This document shows positions 10,400-21,199 of a stretch of DNA of 64,000 bases, one piece after another; positions within the stretch are counted from its first letter, which is position 1; the number at the start of each line of letters is the position of its first letter. Both the position numbers and the translations under genes were made by a program. The DNA comes from Anaerolineaceae bacterium (lineage in GTDB: Bacteria; Chloroflexota; Anaerolineae; Anaerolineales; E44-bin32). The stretch lies in the NCBI GenBank assembly GCA_020350285.1, contig CP070708.1:970369-1034368 (forward strand), in the 5' to 3' direction. The notes beneath the pieces were generated by a model. That model worked only from the letters and a program-made list of their open reading frames with translations, searched no databases and had not been told where the DNA came from.

Positions 10400-10435
10400 T
10401 AAGAAAGCCCCCACACCCGAAAAGGCAAGGGGGCT
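10400..10435 (-). terminator. putative intrinsic terminator after the ABC ATPase gene
   Basis: On the minus strand the stem AGCCCCC...GGGGGCT is followed by TTCTTAT. It lies between the ATPase stop (10457) and the apgM start (10379). Confidence 0.4.
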
Positions 10436-10456
10436 CAGTTTCGCGCATGCAATTGG

Positions 10457-11560
10457 CTATTGAATTGTTTTCTGCTCCCCTTCAGGTTCGAAGAGGTGCA
10501 TGTTGTCCATATTGAAAACCAATTGCGCCTTGTCACCAACGCGGAGTTGTGAACGGGGATCGATACGCCCGACGGCGACATATTCACCCAACATCAGGTG
10601 CATGAAGATCTCGTTGCCCATCAACTCGGTTACATCAACCTGAGCCTCGACCGACGCAGCATGGATGCCGGGAGGAGCGAATAGTGGGTCGTGAATATCG
10701 TCAGGGCGAATTCCGAAAACCACCTGTTTACCGGCGTGTGGACCATACCTATCGACCTTGGTATCTGGTATTGGAACCTGGAACGCTCCAGCGTCAATCA
10801 TTAGTCCACCATCTGCCCGATCCAACCGAGCGTTGAAAAAATTCATCGCTGGTGAGCCGATAAACCCAGCCACGAAGACATTCGCTGGATTGTCGTATAG
10901 TTGTTGAGGGGTATCAACCTGATGAAGGATGCCATCCTTGATCACCGCGATACGGGAGGCCATAGTCATGGCCTCTACCTGATCGTGGGTGACATAGATG
11001 AAGGTGGTTTTCAGACGCTGGTGAAGTTTGCTGATCTCAGCCCTGGTTTGGACTCTCAACTTTGCGTCCAGGTTTGACAGGGGCTCATCGAAGAGGAAAA
11101 CCTTCGGTTCACGGACGATCGCTCGACCTACTGCGACACGCTGTCGCTGGCCACCAGATAATTGGCGTGGTTTACGATCGAGCAACGCTTCGATCCCGAG
11201 GATTTCCGCTGCCTCCTCCACTCGAGATTTAATCTCTTGCTTCGGTGTTTTACGCAACTTGAGGCCAAACGCCATGTTGTCGTAAACGGACATGTGTGGA
11301 TAGAGCGCGTAGGATTGGAACACCATCGCGATGTCTCGATCCTTCGGTGCGATGTCGTTCACGACACGATCTTCGATCAAGATTTTGCCTTCAGTGATCT
11401 CCTCCAGTCCTGCTAGTAAGCGTAAGGCCGTAGTCTTCCCACAACCTGACGGCCCTACCAGCACGAGAAATTCTTTGTCTTCAATGAAAACATCCATGTC
11501 GTTAACTGCAACGACGTCTCCGAAGCGTTTAGTTACATGTTCATACGTTACGCTGGCCAT
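10457..11560 (-). CDS. sugar ABC transporter ATP-binding protein (MalK/UgpC/MsmX type), orphan
   Basis: Walker A GPSGCGKTT, signature LSGGQRQR, Walker B VFLFDEPLSNLD, and a C-terminal MalK-like regulatory domain. GGAGG RBS. No permease or SBP gene is adjacent. Confidence 0.9.
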   Translation of the reverse strand: MASVTYEHVTKRFGDVVAVNDMDVFIEDKEFLVLVGPSGCGKTTALRLLAGLEEITEGKILIEDRVVNDIAPKDRDIAMVFQSYALYPHMSVYDNMAFGLKLRKTPKQEIKSRVEEAAEILGIEALLDRKPRQLSGGQRQRVAVGRAIVREPKVFLFDEPLSNLDAKLRVQTRAEISKLHQRLKTTFIYVTHDQVEAMTMASRIAVIKDGILHQVDTPQQLYDNPANVFVAGFIGSPAMNFFNARLDRADGGLMIDAGAFQVPIPDTKVDRYGPHAGKQVVFGIRPDDIHDPLFAPPGIHAASVEAQVDVTELMGNEIFMHLMLGEYVAVGRIDPRSQLRVGDKAQLVFNMDNMHLFEPEGEQKTIQ

Positions 11561-11820
11561 GGGCCGTCCTCCTTCTTTTGGGTATCGTACTTGTAATTAT
11601 ACACTCCCGAGGTTGAAGGTCAAAGAACGAACGCATTTTTTGTGAATGGTAAGCCTAAGTCACGGATCATGTCGGCCCCTTCCAGATGCTCAGGAGAGGA
11701 CCTTCGCCAAGCTCAGGGTGCTTTCTGTATGACATGCTCAACGCTAGAAGTGACAGGATTTGGTTACCGTGTTCCAGATTGACTCACCCCTTGCATGAAA
11801 ACACATCATCGGGTCATTAG

Positions 11821-13224
11821 TTGACGGTCATTCTGCTCTCTGGTATATTCGTCGAGGTGCGATCAAAGGTGGAAGATCGAGACTGGAACCCAAACTCCGC
11901 CCCTCGATGGCGGCGTTTTGTACGTTGGCTAGAGCCCGGAATAGGCGTTAAACGATGGCTGGGATTGATGGTCATCGGAACTGCCTTGATCGGTCTGGGA
12001 CTAGCTATCGTTCTGCTCGACATTTATCGCTCCCACCCCGATTCACCATGGCTAGCGTTGCTCAGTTTGAGCGCGTTACCGCGTTTGTTGAGGGCGCTTA
12101 TACTTGGGGGTGTAGGCATTGGATTACTCTCCTATGCAATCGTATCCTTGAACCGTACCCTGCTTGCACCATACCTCAGACCAGGTAAACCGATTGTAGA
12201 TGTGGTGGCTAAACATCGTCGCCTTGGACGCGGTCCGAGAATCGTCACGATAGGTGGTGGAACAGGCCTGTCCATCTTGTTGAGAGGGTTGAAAAAATAT
12301 TCTGGAAATCTGACAGCCATCGTTACTGTCGCCGATGATGGCGGATCGTCAGGTCGTTTACGTCGGTCGCTTGGACTTCCACCTCCGGGTGATATTCGCG
12401 CCTGTATTGCAGCTCTATCAGATGACGAAGATCTACTAACACAACTATTCCGTTATCGATTTCTGGAGGGTGAGGAACTCAACGGTCACTCCTTTGGTAA
12501 TCTGTTCATCGCAGCTTTAGCGGGGGTTACAGGCAGTTTCGACCAAGGGATCATGGAAGCAGCCAGGATCCTTTCCATTCGCGGGACAGTTCTTCCATCC
12601 ACAATGAAGGATGTCGCATTATTGGCTGATAAAACACCAGAAATGGCCGTGGAGGCCTTCAGAATTGAAGGTGAGAGTCAAATCTCTGAGACGCCAGGCC
12701 GTATTCGTAGAGTTCACCTTGAGCCAAATGATCCCCCTGCATATCCTGGTGCAATCCAAGCCGTTCTCAACGCGGACATGATCGTTATCGGACCAGGCAG
12801 CCTGTATACCAGTGTGATCCCTAACTTACTCGTCCCTGATTTGGTTAAGGCGATCCGAACCAGTCAAGCGTTCAAAGTGTTTGTATGCAATGTCGCTACA
12901 CAACATGGTGAAACGGACGGGTATGATTGCAAGCAGCATGTGGACGCGATCGAGCGGCACATTGGTCGTGGTTTGGTGGATGTTGTGGTAGCGAATAAGC
13001 GTGTTGACTATCCCTTACCTGATGGAGTCACCATTGTGGATCCGTCCGAAACGGCAGAGATGATGGTGCCACTTTACACTGGAGACTTTGTGGATCCAGA
13101 TCGCCCTTGGCGTCACGATTCGGATAAAATCGCTGAGACTTTGATCGCTTTATGGGAGGAGCGAACAGGTCCACTGGACCTATCCCTTGAAGATGATATT
13201 GAATCACTCGAGCGTCACAACTGA
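11821..13224 (+). CDS. yvcK: YvcK/CuvA-family (UPF0052, CofD-like) gluconeogenesis/morphology factor with N-terminal membrane anchor
   Basis: Core motif IVTIGGGTGLSILLRGLKKYSGNLTAIVTVADDGGSSGRLRRSLGLPPPGDIR, preceded by about 100 aa with 2-3 TM helices. The start is uncertain: TTG 11821, or GTG 11857 sitting 7 nt after TGGTATATT (11841-11849). Confidence 0.85.
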   Translation: MTVILLSGIFVEVRSKVEDRDWNPNSAPRWRRFVRWLEPGIGVKRWLGLMVIGTALIGLGLAIVLLDIYRSHPDSPWLALLSLSALPRLLRALILGGVGIGLLSYAIVSLNRTLLAPYLRPGKPIVDVVAKHRRLGRGPRIVTIGGGTGLSILLRGLKKYSGNLTAIVTVADDGGSSGRLRRSLGLPPPGDIRACIAALSDDEDLLTQLFRYRFLEGEELNGHSFGNLFIAALAGVTGSFDQGIMEAARILSIRGTVLPSTMKDVALLADKTPEMAVEAFRIEGESQISETPGRIRRVHLEPNDPPAYPGAIQAVLNADMIVIGPGSLYTSVIPNLLVPDLVKAIRTSQAFKVFVCNVATQHGETDGYDCKQHVDAIERHIGRGLVDVVVANKRVDYPLPDGVTIVDPSETAEMMVPLYTGDFVDPDRPWRHDSDKIAETLIALWEERTGPLDLSLEDDIESLERHN

Positions 13225-13246
13225 CATCATAAGATAGGAGCGTATC

Positions 13247-14260
13247 ATGACAACTCGAATTGGTATCAACGGCTTTGGTCGGATTGGTAGACAAGTCCTC
13301 AAGGTGATGAAAGAGACCTACCCTGAGGATTTCGATGTCGTAGCCTTCAACGACCTTGGTGACCTCAATACCATGGCCCATCTCTTCCGTTATGATTCCA
13401 ACTACGGTCCTTTCCGAGGCGAGGTAGAGGTAAAGAAAGACGGTTTAGTAATTGAGGGTGACTTTATTAAAGCGTTGTCAATGCCAGATCCAGGAACTTT
13501 GCCTTGGGGCGAGATGGGGGTCCAGGTTGTGATTGAGAGCACGGGTGTCTTTCGTGCACGAGAAGATGCTGCAAAACACCTCGATGCAGGCGCGCAGAAA
13601 GTGATCATAACCGCACCGGCTAAGAACCCGGATATTACACTCGTTCTCGGCGTGAATGAAGGGATGTATGATCCGGATCAACATCACATCGTTTCAAATG
13701 CTTCCTGCACCACGAATTGTTTGGCACCAGCGGCGAAAGTCGTTCAGGATAACTTCGGCATCGTTAAAGGATTGATGACGACGATCCATGCTTATACTGC
13801 AGGTCAAAATATCTTGGATTTACCCCATAAAGACCTTCGAAGAGCGAGAGCAGCTGCGTTAAACATCGTCCCTACCTCAACCGGAGCGGCGAGGGCGCTT
13901 GCCCTTGTGATTCCAGAATTGGAGGGTAAGTTTGGCGGTTTCGCCATGCGAGTACCCACGCCTACAGTGTCCGTTGTGGACTTTGTGGCAGTTCTGGAGA
14001 AGCCAGCGACCACGGAGTCGCTTCATGATGCCTACCGTGCTGCAGCCGAGGGACCCATGAAAGGGATTTTAGGTTTCTCGGAGGAACCTTTGGTTAGCGT
14101 AGACTACAAAATGGATCCTCGCTCGAGCGTGGTCGATGCAGAATTCACCTTTGTCATGGACGATGATATGGCTAAGGTGGTCGCCTGGTACGATAACGAA
14201 TGGGGTTACTCAGTACGCACGGCGGATTTGGCAGCGCTCATAGGTAAAACATTGAAATAA
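13247..14260 (+). CDS. gap: glyceraldehyde-3-phosphate dehydrogenase
   Basis: N-terminal [11 protein letters not shown], active site [13 protein letters not shown]-terminal WYDNEWGYS. Confidence 0.95.
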   Translation: MTTRIGINGFGRIGRQVLKVMKETYPEDFDVVAFNDLGDLNTMAHLFRYDSNYGPFRGEVEVKKDGLVIEGDFIKALSMPDPGTLPWGEMGVQVVIESTGVFRAREDAAKHLDAGAQKVIITAPAKNPDITLVLGVNEGMYDPDQHHIVSNASCTTNCLAPAAKVVQDNFGIVKGLMTTIHAYTAGQNILDLPHKDLRRARAAALNIVPTSTGAARALALVIPELEGKFGGFAMRVPTPTVSVVDFVAVLEKPATTESLHDAYRAAAEGPMKGILGFSEEPLVSVDYKMDPRSSVVDAEFTFVMDDDMAKVVAWYDNEWGYSVRTADLAALIGKTLK

Positions 14261-14311
14261 TCTGACGCGTGATAAGTTGCGTCCGATCACGTATAGTGAG
14301 GGTTCCTTTCG

Positions 14312-15505
14312 ATGTTCGATAAGAAGACGATCCGTGATGTACTCCTCATGGGACAGCGTGTACTTGTGAGGGTGGATTTCAATGTCCCCCTCGATAATGG
14401 TAATGTTGCCGATGACACACGCCTCCTAGCATCGATCCCGACGATAAAGTATCTCATCGAGAACGGTGCAACCGTTGTCCTCTGTTCTCACCTCGGTCGA
14501 CCGAAAGGTAAAATTGTCCCTTCCCTTTCACTCCGCCCAGTTGCCAAGAGGTTATCCGAGCTGCTGGGGCAGGAAGTGGGGTTTGTGGGGGATTGCATCG
14601 GTCCAGAAGTGCGAAAAGCTGTCGAGAAGCTACAATCTGGCGAGATCATTCTTCTCGAAAACACCCGATTTCATCCTGAGGAGGGTGCAAACGATCCTGA
14701 CTTTGCGGGGGAGTTAGCCTCCCTTGCAGACCTCTTTGTCAACGACGCCTTCGGATCAGCTCATAGGGCTCACGCCTCGACAGAAGGTGTAGCTCACCAT
14801 ATACCAGCAATCGCTGGTTTTTTACTAGAGAAAGAGCTGAAATACCTAGGTGCGGCATTAGAAAAGCCCGAACATCCCTTCGTCGCGATCTTGGGAGGGG
14901 CGAAGATCTCTGACAAAATTGGTGTGGTGCAACGGCTATTGGATCAAGCCGACCAATTGTTAATTGGTGGCGCGATGGCCAATACATTTCTTGCAGCCGC
15001 AGGCAACGACATGGCTTCATCGCTTGTCGAAGAGGATTCGCTCGCATTGGCAAAGACCTTGCTCGATGAGGCGGGATCGCGTTTGATGTTGCCTGTTGAC
15101 TTGGTTGTTGCGGATGCATTCAGCGAGGATGCTGAGAAGCTAATCGTGACACCTGATGAGGTTCCTGCCGATTGGCGGGCGATGGACATCGGCCCAAACA
15201 CAGTGGAAAAATTTGGTGAGGCACTAAAAGGTGCACAATTGGTTGTATGGAACGGCCCAATGGGTGTCTTTGAGTTCGGGCCGTTCTCGGCGGGTACGAA
15301 AGGATTGGCTGAGGCGGTAGCTGAATGTGAGGGAACAACCATCGTGGGAGGGGGAGATTCCGCAGCCGCTATCCGTCAAGCGGGATTGACGGACAAGATC
15401 GACCATGTCTCAACTGGAGGCGGCGCCTCCCTTGAGCTAATCGAAGGTAAGGCATTACCTGGAGTTGAGATCTTGCTTGATCATGATATCAAAGATCTAA
15501 GGTAA
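14312..15505 (+). CDS. pgk: phosphoglycerate kinase
   Basis: Motifs [47 protein letters not shown]. Confidence 0.95.
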   Translation: MFDKKTIRDVLLMGQRVLVRVDFNVPLDNGNVADDTRLLASIPTIKYLIENGATVVLCSHLGRPKGKIVPSLSLRPVAKRLSELLGQEVGFVGDCIGPEVRKAVEKLQSGEIILLENTRFHPEEGANDPDFAGELASLADLFVNDAFGSAHRAHASTEGVAHHIPAIAGFLLEKELKYLGAALEKPEHPFVAILGGAKISDKIGVVQRLLDQADQLLIGGAMANTFLAAAGNDMASSLVEEDSLALAKTLLDEAGSRLMLPVDLVVADAFSEDAEKLIVTPDEVPADWRAMDIGPNTVEKFGEALKGAQLVVWNGPMGVFEFGPFSAGTKGLAEAVAECEGTTIVGGGDSAAAIRQAGLTDKIDHVSTGGGASLELIEGKALPGVEILLDHDIKDLR

Positions 15506-15542
15506 ATCTGGCTTTCGCATAATTGGATCTACCAGAAACGAT

Positions 15543-15586
15543 AGACTGGGCAAAGCGACCTATTGGCGCTGCTCAGTCTTTTTTTT
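15543..15586 (+). terminator. intrinsic terminator of pgk
   Basis: The stem AGACTGGGCA...TGCTCAGTCT has inner AGCG/CGCT pairing and is followed by T8 (15579-15586). Confidence 0.7.
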
Positions 15587-15783
15587 AGTCTTAAAGATAC
15601 GTCATTGATCCGTAGATCTTGGACAATGATAACAAAGTGGATGTATCACGATTGAGGAGGCTCTTTATAACTGGATCATAAAGCCGCGGATAGAGCAGGA
15701 GCGATCGCGTGCGGGTGAGGGAAGTTGATTGAATGGGTTTGATTCCCTGAACAGAGAATTTACCAATTGTTGACGTCTGTTTA

Positions 15784-15812
15784 TTGTTCCGTTGATCTTG
15801 CTTGTCTATAAT
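15784..15812 (+). promoter_or_regulatory. sigma-70-type promoter for the kinase gene
   Basis: TTGTTC-N17-TATAAT, 27 nt upstream of ATG 15839. A GGGAG RBS lies in between. Confidence 0.4.
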
Positions 15813-15838
15813 GACCGCAAATTGACTTGGGAGACATA

Positions 15839-17533
15839 ATGTCATTTGTTAAGGGTGAGAACGTTGGGGCGTACCAAATCATAGAACAACTCGGTCAGGG
15901 TGGTATGGCCACAGTATTCAAAGCGTATCATCCCGCTCTGGATAGGTATGTAGCCATTAAAGCGCTTCATCCCGCATTCATGGAGGAAGAGGGATTCCTC
16001 GCTCGATTCCAACGAGAAGCCAAAGTTGTCGCCCGTTTGGATCACCCGAATATTGTGCCGATCTACGATTATGCTGAACATGAGGGACGACCCTATTTGG
16101 TGATGAAATATGTCGAGGGAGAGACGCTCAAGGCGCGTCTTTCCCGAGGCTCTCTCTCGAACAGTGAGTTACTTGATATCGTCGAAGCGGTGGGGAAGGC
16201 TCTTTCGTTTGCACATGGCCAAGGCATCCTCCATCGTGACATCAAACCCTCAAATGTCTTGCTTTGCAATGACGGCTCGATTTACTTAGCAGATTTCGGA
16301 CTGGCGAGGATCGCTGAGTTAGGAGCTTCAACGCTATCCGGGGATATGTTGATGGGGACGCCTCACTACATATCCCCTGAGCAAGCGAGAGGTGAGAGCG
16401 ATCTGGATGAGAGAACTGATGTTTACTCCTTCGGCGTCGTTCTCTATGAGTTAATCGTTGGGCGGGTCCCTTTCGATTCAGATACACCCTTTTCAATCAT
16501 CCATGATCACATCTACACACCTTTGCCGTTACCAACCGAGATCAATCCTCAGGTCCCAGAAAATATTCAGAATTTCTTGCTTAAAGCCCTGTTTAAGGAC
16601 AAGGAAGATCGATTCGCTACGGTTGGGGAGATGGTGTCCGTTTTTCGTAAAGCGATTGAAGGAGTGGATATTGGATCACTCATCCATGAAGCAGCGCCTC
16701 GGATAAGGGTTGTGCCCTCTCCCGCATCTAGGGAACAAGTTGTCACGCCAAGTGAAGTGCCAGCTATCGATGCACAACCAGAAGAATTTCGTGAGGCGGC
16801 CCCATCTGTAACTCCTGTTGTCCAACCAGAAGAGAAACGCCGACGTAGCTGGGTGTGGCTTGTGGTAGGTCTTGTATTTGCCTGTTTCTCAATCTTTATC
16901 TTCCTGGGTGCCATCAATCGTGCGAGGGAGGGAGGGCAGCCATCATTCAGGGACACCACCAATGAACAGACCGAATTCGTTGCCTCGCAGGGCGATTCGG
17001 GGTTGACTCCCGAAGAGCATATTGGACGGGCGGAAGAATTATTGTCCGAGGGGCAACCTGAAGCAGCACATAGCGAGTTCTTTATTGCGGGTAACCAATT
17101 CCTTGAGCGGGGCGATTTCATCCCAGCGGTAGAGACCTACCTTCGTGCATATTCAGTTTCGGATAAACCGATTGAGGAACAACGGCAATTATGGGAATCA
17201 CTCACCGAAGCGCTCTTTCTTGGCGCTCATGGGGGTGACATGGTTCCCTTTTTAGAAAGCCTCGTTGAGAAGCATCCCGATTGGTTTATAGCGAAGGTCG
17301 CACTGGCGAGATCTCTATTGGACACTGAACGCTATAATGAATCCCTGCGTTGGATTGATGAGGTGCTTCGCAATAACCCAGATAACATGTACGCTCTCGC
17401 GGTTAAGGCTGAGTACAATTTCATCCACGATAATGTCGATAAGGGGCATGGGATTATCGAGGAGTTGCTTGGCAGAAAAGGTCTTCCACCGTGGTTGGTG
17501 GATCACTTAAACAGGCTGAAACGTCAATTCTGA
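15839..17533 (+). CDS. Ser/Thr protein kinase with TM helix and C-terminal TPR-like domain
   Basis: Hanks motifs GQGGMATVFKA, AIK, HRDIKPSNVLL, DFGLA, GTPHYISPEQ. TM helix WVWLVVGLVFACFSIFIFLGAI. The C-terminus is helical-repeat. Confidence 0.85.
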   Translation: MSFVKGENVGAYQIIEQLGQGGMATVFKAYHPALDRYVAIKALHPAFMEEEGFLARFQREAKVVARLDHPNIVPIYDYAEHEGRPYLVMKYVEGETLKARLSRGSLSNSELLDIVEAVGKALSFAHGQGILHRDIKPSNVLLCNDGSIYLADFGLARIAELGASTLSGDMLMGTPHYISPEQARGESDLDERTDVYSFGVVLYELIVGRVPFDSDTPFSIIHDHIYTPLPLPTEINPQVPENIQNFLLKALFKDKEDRFATVGEMVSVFRKAIEGVDIGSLIHEAAPRIRVVPSPASREQVVTPSEVPAIDAQPEEFREAAPSVTPVVQPEEKRRRSWVWLVVGLVFACFSIFIFLGAINRAREGGQPSFRDTTNEQTEFVASQGDSGLTPEEHIGRAEELLSEGQPEAAHSEFFIAGNQFLERGDFIPAVETYLRAYSVSDKPIEEQRQLWESLTEALFLGAHGGDMVPFLESLVEKHPDWFIAKVALARSLLDTERYNESLRWIDEVLRNNPDNMYALAVKAEYNFIHDNVDKGHGIIEELLGRKGLPPWLVDHLNRLKRQF

Positions 17534-17608
17534 GTTTACTTTAGAAATAGCGGTGAGTTTTGTGTTGGGGGACACGACTCTCTTTCCCTGATATATGAAT
17601 TAATCATC

Positions 17609-17634
17609 TAGGGGCGCACAGCCGTGCGCCCCTA
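17609..17634. repeat. GC-rich palindromic intergenic repeat (family A archetype)
   Basis: TAGGGGCGCAC-AGCC-GTGCGCCCCTA lies between convergent genes (ends at 17533 and 17677). Confidence 0.85.
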
Positions 17635-17676
17635 CCATATTTGGGCAATATAGATGCCCTCTCGAGGGAATGATCT

Positions 17677-18648
17677 TCAAATGTTCCGTCGGACCACGTA
17701 ATCTGCAAGCTCGTACAGGCCGTCTCGCTCTGGGGTGGAGGGCATGCTTTCTAATAGTTTCTTCGCCGTGGAAGTAAATTCCTCTGCTTGTTCAAGCGCC
17801 TGATCAATGGCACCAGAGTTTCTGATATTCTCAATTAACTGCTCTATTGCCTCTTCACTCAGCTTTCGTTGGACAAGCATCTCATGCAAGTGTCCATCTT
17901 CTGGGTTCGATTCGAGATAGTACAGGGTGGGCAAGGTGATTAAACCTTGTCTCAAGTCATTCGCCACGGGTTTACCTACCTGTTCTTGCTCACTTACAAA
18001 GTCCAGAATATCGTCGACGATTTGAAAAGCGATGCCGACGTTATAGCCGAAGGATTTCATTGTAGCGACAACTTCACTATCGCTTTCGCTGAGTAGAGCA
18101 GCCCCTTCGCATGAAACCTCGAAAAGGGATGCAGTCTTCGCGTAGATCCGATCGAAGTATTCCTGACGAGCGTCCTCAACTTCTGTACTGAAGAGTTGGG
18201 ATATCTCGCCATTGACGATCGTCATCAACGTTCTCGAGAAGATTCTCATTAACGCTTTCGATCCAATTCCCGAGGCTAGGTGGGCCGCGCGAGCGAAAAT
18301 ATAGTCGCCTGTAAGAACTGTCGCACCAAGACTTAATTTCGCGTTCAGTGTTGGAAATCCACGTCGTATGAGGGAACCATCGATCAGGTCATCATGGACC
18401 AGGGTTGCGGTATGGAGCATCTCGACAGCAGCAGCTAATGTAATACTCGCATCACAGTCAGCTCCTAACATGCCACATGTGAGAAGGACCAAAATTGGCC
18501 GCAGTCGCTTTCCTCCGGAAGAGAGGAGATGATCGATTGCGTCATCTAGTTGCGGGTGATGGCCCGTTGGACCGCTTCGCATACGAGCTTCGACCTCTTC
18601 AAGGTCGGCCCGTACGAGATCAAAGAATGTCGCTGCTGTCGTTTCCAT
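17677..18648 (-). CDS. polyprenyl diphosphate synthase (trans-IPPS, hepta/octaprenyl type)
   Basis: Aspartate-rich motifs LVHDDLIDGS and QIVDDILDF. I chose Met32 of the long ORF as the start, because the first 31 codons read through the palindromic repeat at 18695-18731. Confidence 0.85.
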   Translation of the reverse strand: METTAATFFDLVRADLEEVEARMRSGPTGHHPQLDDAIDHLLSSGGKRLRPILVLLTCGMLGADCDASITLAAAVEMLHTATLVHDDLIDGSLIRRGFPTLNAKLSLGATVLTGDYIFARAAHLASGIGSKALMRIFSRTLMTIVNGEISQLFSTEVEDARQEYFDRIYAKTASLFEVSCEGAALLSESDSEVVATMKSFGYNVGIAFQIVDDILDFVSEQEQVGKPVANDLRQGLITLPTLYYLESNPEDGHLHEMLVQRKLSEEAIEQLIENIRNSGAIDQALEQAEEFTSTAKKLLESMPSTPERDGLYELADYVVRRNI

Positions 18649-18694
18649 GATTGACTCCACTGAAAAATAGTCAACCGTTAGAAGAGGAGAGGTA

Positions 18695-18731
18695 TAGGTG
18701 GGGGTGCAGGCACAGCCCGCACCCCCACCTA
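18695..18731. repeat. GC-rich palindromic repeat (family A-related, longer stem)
   Basis: TAGGTGGGGGTGC-AGGCACAGCCC-GCACCCCCACCTA lies immediately downstream of the TatD stop (18741). Confidence 0.7.
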
Positions 18732-18740
18732 TATCCCTCA

Positions 18741-19577
18741 TTATTCTTCGAAGGTTGTTTTTTCAGTGTACTCATGATTCCAACTGAATAACTCTGTAGC
18801 ATTTTGCGAGGTGGTTGCGGAAATGGTATTCAAGCTGACTTCAAATAGAGTAGCACATTGTTGAGCGATAAGCTGTAAATAGGATGGCTCGTTCCGCTTA
18901 CCACGCTTTGGATTAGGTGTTAAATATGGTGCGTCCGTCTCCAGGATCACACGCTCTAAAGGTAGTTCTGCGGTGATCCGGCGAAGAACCTCCGCTTTCT
19001 TGTAAGTGATCGGACCAGCAACACCGATGAAAAAACCTGCCTCGATGAACTTGTGAGTGTTTTCCAGATCAGCCGAATTTGCATGCAGGACCCCAGGAGC
19101 GCTTCTCAATGTGGTTGGAAGTCTTGCGGACCATGATTCGATACAACTCATGAGATCATCGATCGAGTTACGATTATGGATTACCACCGGCAATTCCATT
19201 TCGAGAGCCAGATCGAGTTGTTCCTGAAAGACACTTCGTTGTTTCTCGCGTGGGGATAAATTTCGGTAATAATCCAATCCTATCTCGCCGATCGCGACAA
19301 CTTTGTCTGACTGCGCTAATTCCCGTAGTTCTTGCTTCGTGGAGCGATTCCAATCCTTCGCATTATGGGGGTGAAAGCCGACAGCCACGTAGATCTCAGG
19401 ATAACGCTGAGATAATTCAACTGCACGTCGACTCGAGGCCAGATCTAAGCCCGGGACGAGGAATCGATTCACACCCTCTTCTTTTGCGCGCTTCAGGACT
19501 TCTCCCCGATCCTTGTCGAATTGAGGGGATGTCAGGTGGCAGTGAGTGTCTGCAAGAGGGGGACGGTCTGTATTCAT
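18741..19577 (-). CDS. TatD-family metal-dependent hydrolase/DNase
   Basis: N-terminal DTHCHL, then [13 protein letters not shown] and ETDAPYLTP. Overlaps the upstream gene by 4 nt. Confidence 0.9.
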   Translation of the reverse strand: MNTDRPPLADTHCHLTSPQFDKDRGEVLKRAKEEGVNRFLVPGLDLASSRRAVELSQRYPEIYVAVGFHPHNAKDWNRSTKQELRELAQSDKVVAIGEIGLDYYRNLSPREKQRSVFQEQLDLALEMELPVVIHNRNSIDDLMSCIESWSARLPTTLRSAPGVLHANSADLENTHKFIEAGFFIGVAGPITYKKAEVLRRITAELPLERVILETDAPYLTPNPKRGKRNEPSYLQLIAQQCATLFEVSLNTISATTSQNATELFSWNHEYTEKTTFEE

Positions 19578-21001
19578 TGGATACCAACAATCTTCAAACC
19601 ATCTTCCAGGATGTGGTCAACACGATCTATATCCGTGGTCTCACAATAAACCCTGACAATCGGTTCTGTTCCACTGAAACGGATGAGTAGCCATCCTCCA
19701 TCCTCTAGCGAGAATTTGTATCCATCGAGTGTATTTAGCTTCGTTACCTGTAATCCGCCGATGGATTGTGTTTCGGCAGCAAGGATCTGCTTCTCAATCT
19801 CAGATCGATCAACCGGGGGTAGGGGAGAATCGATCCGTTTGTAATAATGCGCCCCTACCTTTTCAAAAAGCAACTCAACTAATTGTGAAGGTTTGCGATT
19901 CAGGCGTACCATCATGTCGAGCAGGAATAAACCGGCCAGAATGCCATCACGTTCAGGGACATGACCACGGAAAGCATAACCACCAGATTCCTCTCCACCA
20001 ATAAGGGCATTAACCTCAAGCATTTTCGGAGCCACGTATTTGAATCCCACACCGGTCTCGTAGACCGGAACTTCATATTGTTCACCAAGTTTGTGTAGCA
20101 TGGATGTCGTTGAGAGGGTCTTGACGATTGGGCCTCTTTCAGCTCTTGCCTCGAGGAAGTAGTATGCAAGTAGACCGTACACCCTCAGCTGGTCTACAAA
20201 GACCCCATTTTCATCTCCCAGCCCTACTCGATCAGCGTCACCATCTGTCACCAAGAGCACATCTGCGTTATGCTCCAGCGTAGTAGCGAGACCGACATCA
20301 ATATTCGGGGGGATGGGTTCGGGTCGTGTCATTTCGGGAAAGAGGGGATTTTGTCGGTCGTGGATCTCGATGATTCTTGTTTTCCCTCCCTCGAGTAGTC
20401 TGGTAAACCAACCACCGCCATTTCCCCACATTGGGTCGACCAACAAAGTAATTCCTGCTTGACGTAAAGGTTCCAGATCGATGAGGCGATGGATTTGTTC
20501 GATATATGCGGGAGCTGGGTCGAACCGTACAATCATCTCATTAGAGAGAGCTTGCTTGAAAGGCACGCGTGGAACATCTCGGTCATCGGGGGGGATTTCT
20601 GCTTCTATTTGTTTTAATCCCTCCGGATCGACAGCACCTCCAAATCGGTCCCGTACCTTGAAACCATTGTCGCTGGAGGGGTTATGGGAAGCAGTGATAT
20701 TTACCGCTCCGGCGGCGTTGTGATGAACGACAGCGTAGGAAATCGTAGGTGTTGGAGTAGGACCATCAGTGAGGAGAACCTGGAATCCATGCCCAACCAG
20801 AACTTCAGCCGCAACTGCGGCGAAACCCTCGGAAGCGAAGCGTTTATCATAACCTACAACGACTGGTTTTGTGTCTCCCTCGGTCTCTTTTAGGTAACAT
20901 GCGAATCCATGAGTGCAGCGTCTGACCGCTTCATAAGTGTAATTATCCGCGATCCGGCCTCGCCAACCGTCAGTCCCAAAAATGATGGGCTGGTTCGCCA
21001 T
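19574..21001 (-). CDS. phosphoglucomutase/phosphomannomutase-family (alpha-D-phosphohexomutase)
   Basis: FGTDGWRG, active-site loop [15 protein letters not shown], metal loop TDGDADR, GEESGG. GAGGAG RBS 5 nt before ATG 21001. Confidence 0.9.
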   Translation of the reverse strand: MANQPIIFGTDGWRGRIADNYTYEAVRRCTHGFACYLKETEGDTKPVVVGYDKRFASEGFAAVAAEVLVGHGFQVLLTDGPTPTPTISYAVVHHNAAGAVNITASHNPSSDNGFKVRDRFGGAVDPEGLKQIEAEIPPDDRDVPRVPFKQALSNEMIVRFDPAPAYIEQIHRLIDLEPLRQAGITLLVDPMWGNGGGWFTRLLEGGKTRIIEIHDRQNPLFPEMTRPEPIPPNIDVGLATTLEHNADVLLVTDGDADRVGLGDENGVFVDQLRVYGLLAYYFLEARAERGPIVKTLSTTSMLHKLGEQYEVPVYETGVGFKYVAPKMLEVNALIGGEESGGYAFRGHVPERDGILAGLFLLDMMVRLNRKPSQLVELLFEKVGAHYYKRIDSPLPPVDRSEIEKQILAAETQSIGGLQVTKLNTLDGYKFSLEDGGWLLIRFSGTEPIVRVYCETTDIDRVDHILEDGLKIVGIQ

Positions 21002-21199
21002 CACGTCTCCTCGGTGGATGTTTCATGTTGTCTGATAATAAGCGAGCCAGGTGATCGTTAACCTGGCCGGCTCGTTCTGGGGAGGGCCAGTTTGCCCATC
21101 TCGTTCCCATATGATTATGGGTTGCAGTATGCAACAGTCGCATTATAGCCCCAGACGGTGGAAATTATACCGTGAAAGGAAGGATGAGACCAGGAAAGG

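Noticed and set aside
15591-15845. 84-aa minus-strand ORF in the pgk-kinase spacer, and the expectation of tpiA there
   Set aside because: The ORF overlaps the kinase promoter and start. It has low-complexity composition and no TIM-barrel motifs. tpiA is simply absent from this locus.
16567-17121. Long antisense ORFs inside real genes (also 35868-36329, 41552-41917, 42176-42538, 55385-55738, 30851-31168)
   Set aside because: They lie opposite well-supported genes, are Ser/Arg/Pro-rich as is typical of antisense frames, and lack starts with an RBS.
18649-18741. N-terminal 31-codon extension of the polyprenyl synthase ORF (start at 18741)
   Set aside because: The extension is a translation of the palindromic repeat at 18695-18731 (…GGGAGCACTPTY…). 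It would abut the TatD stop. Met32 gives a normal-length enzyme.
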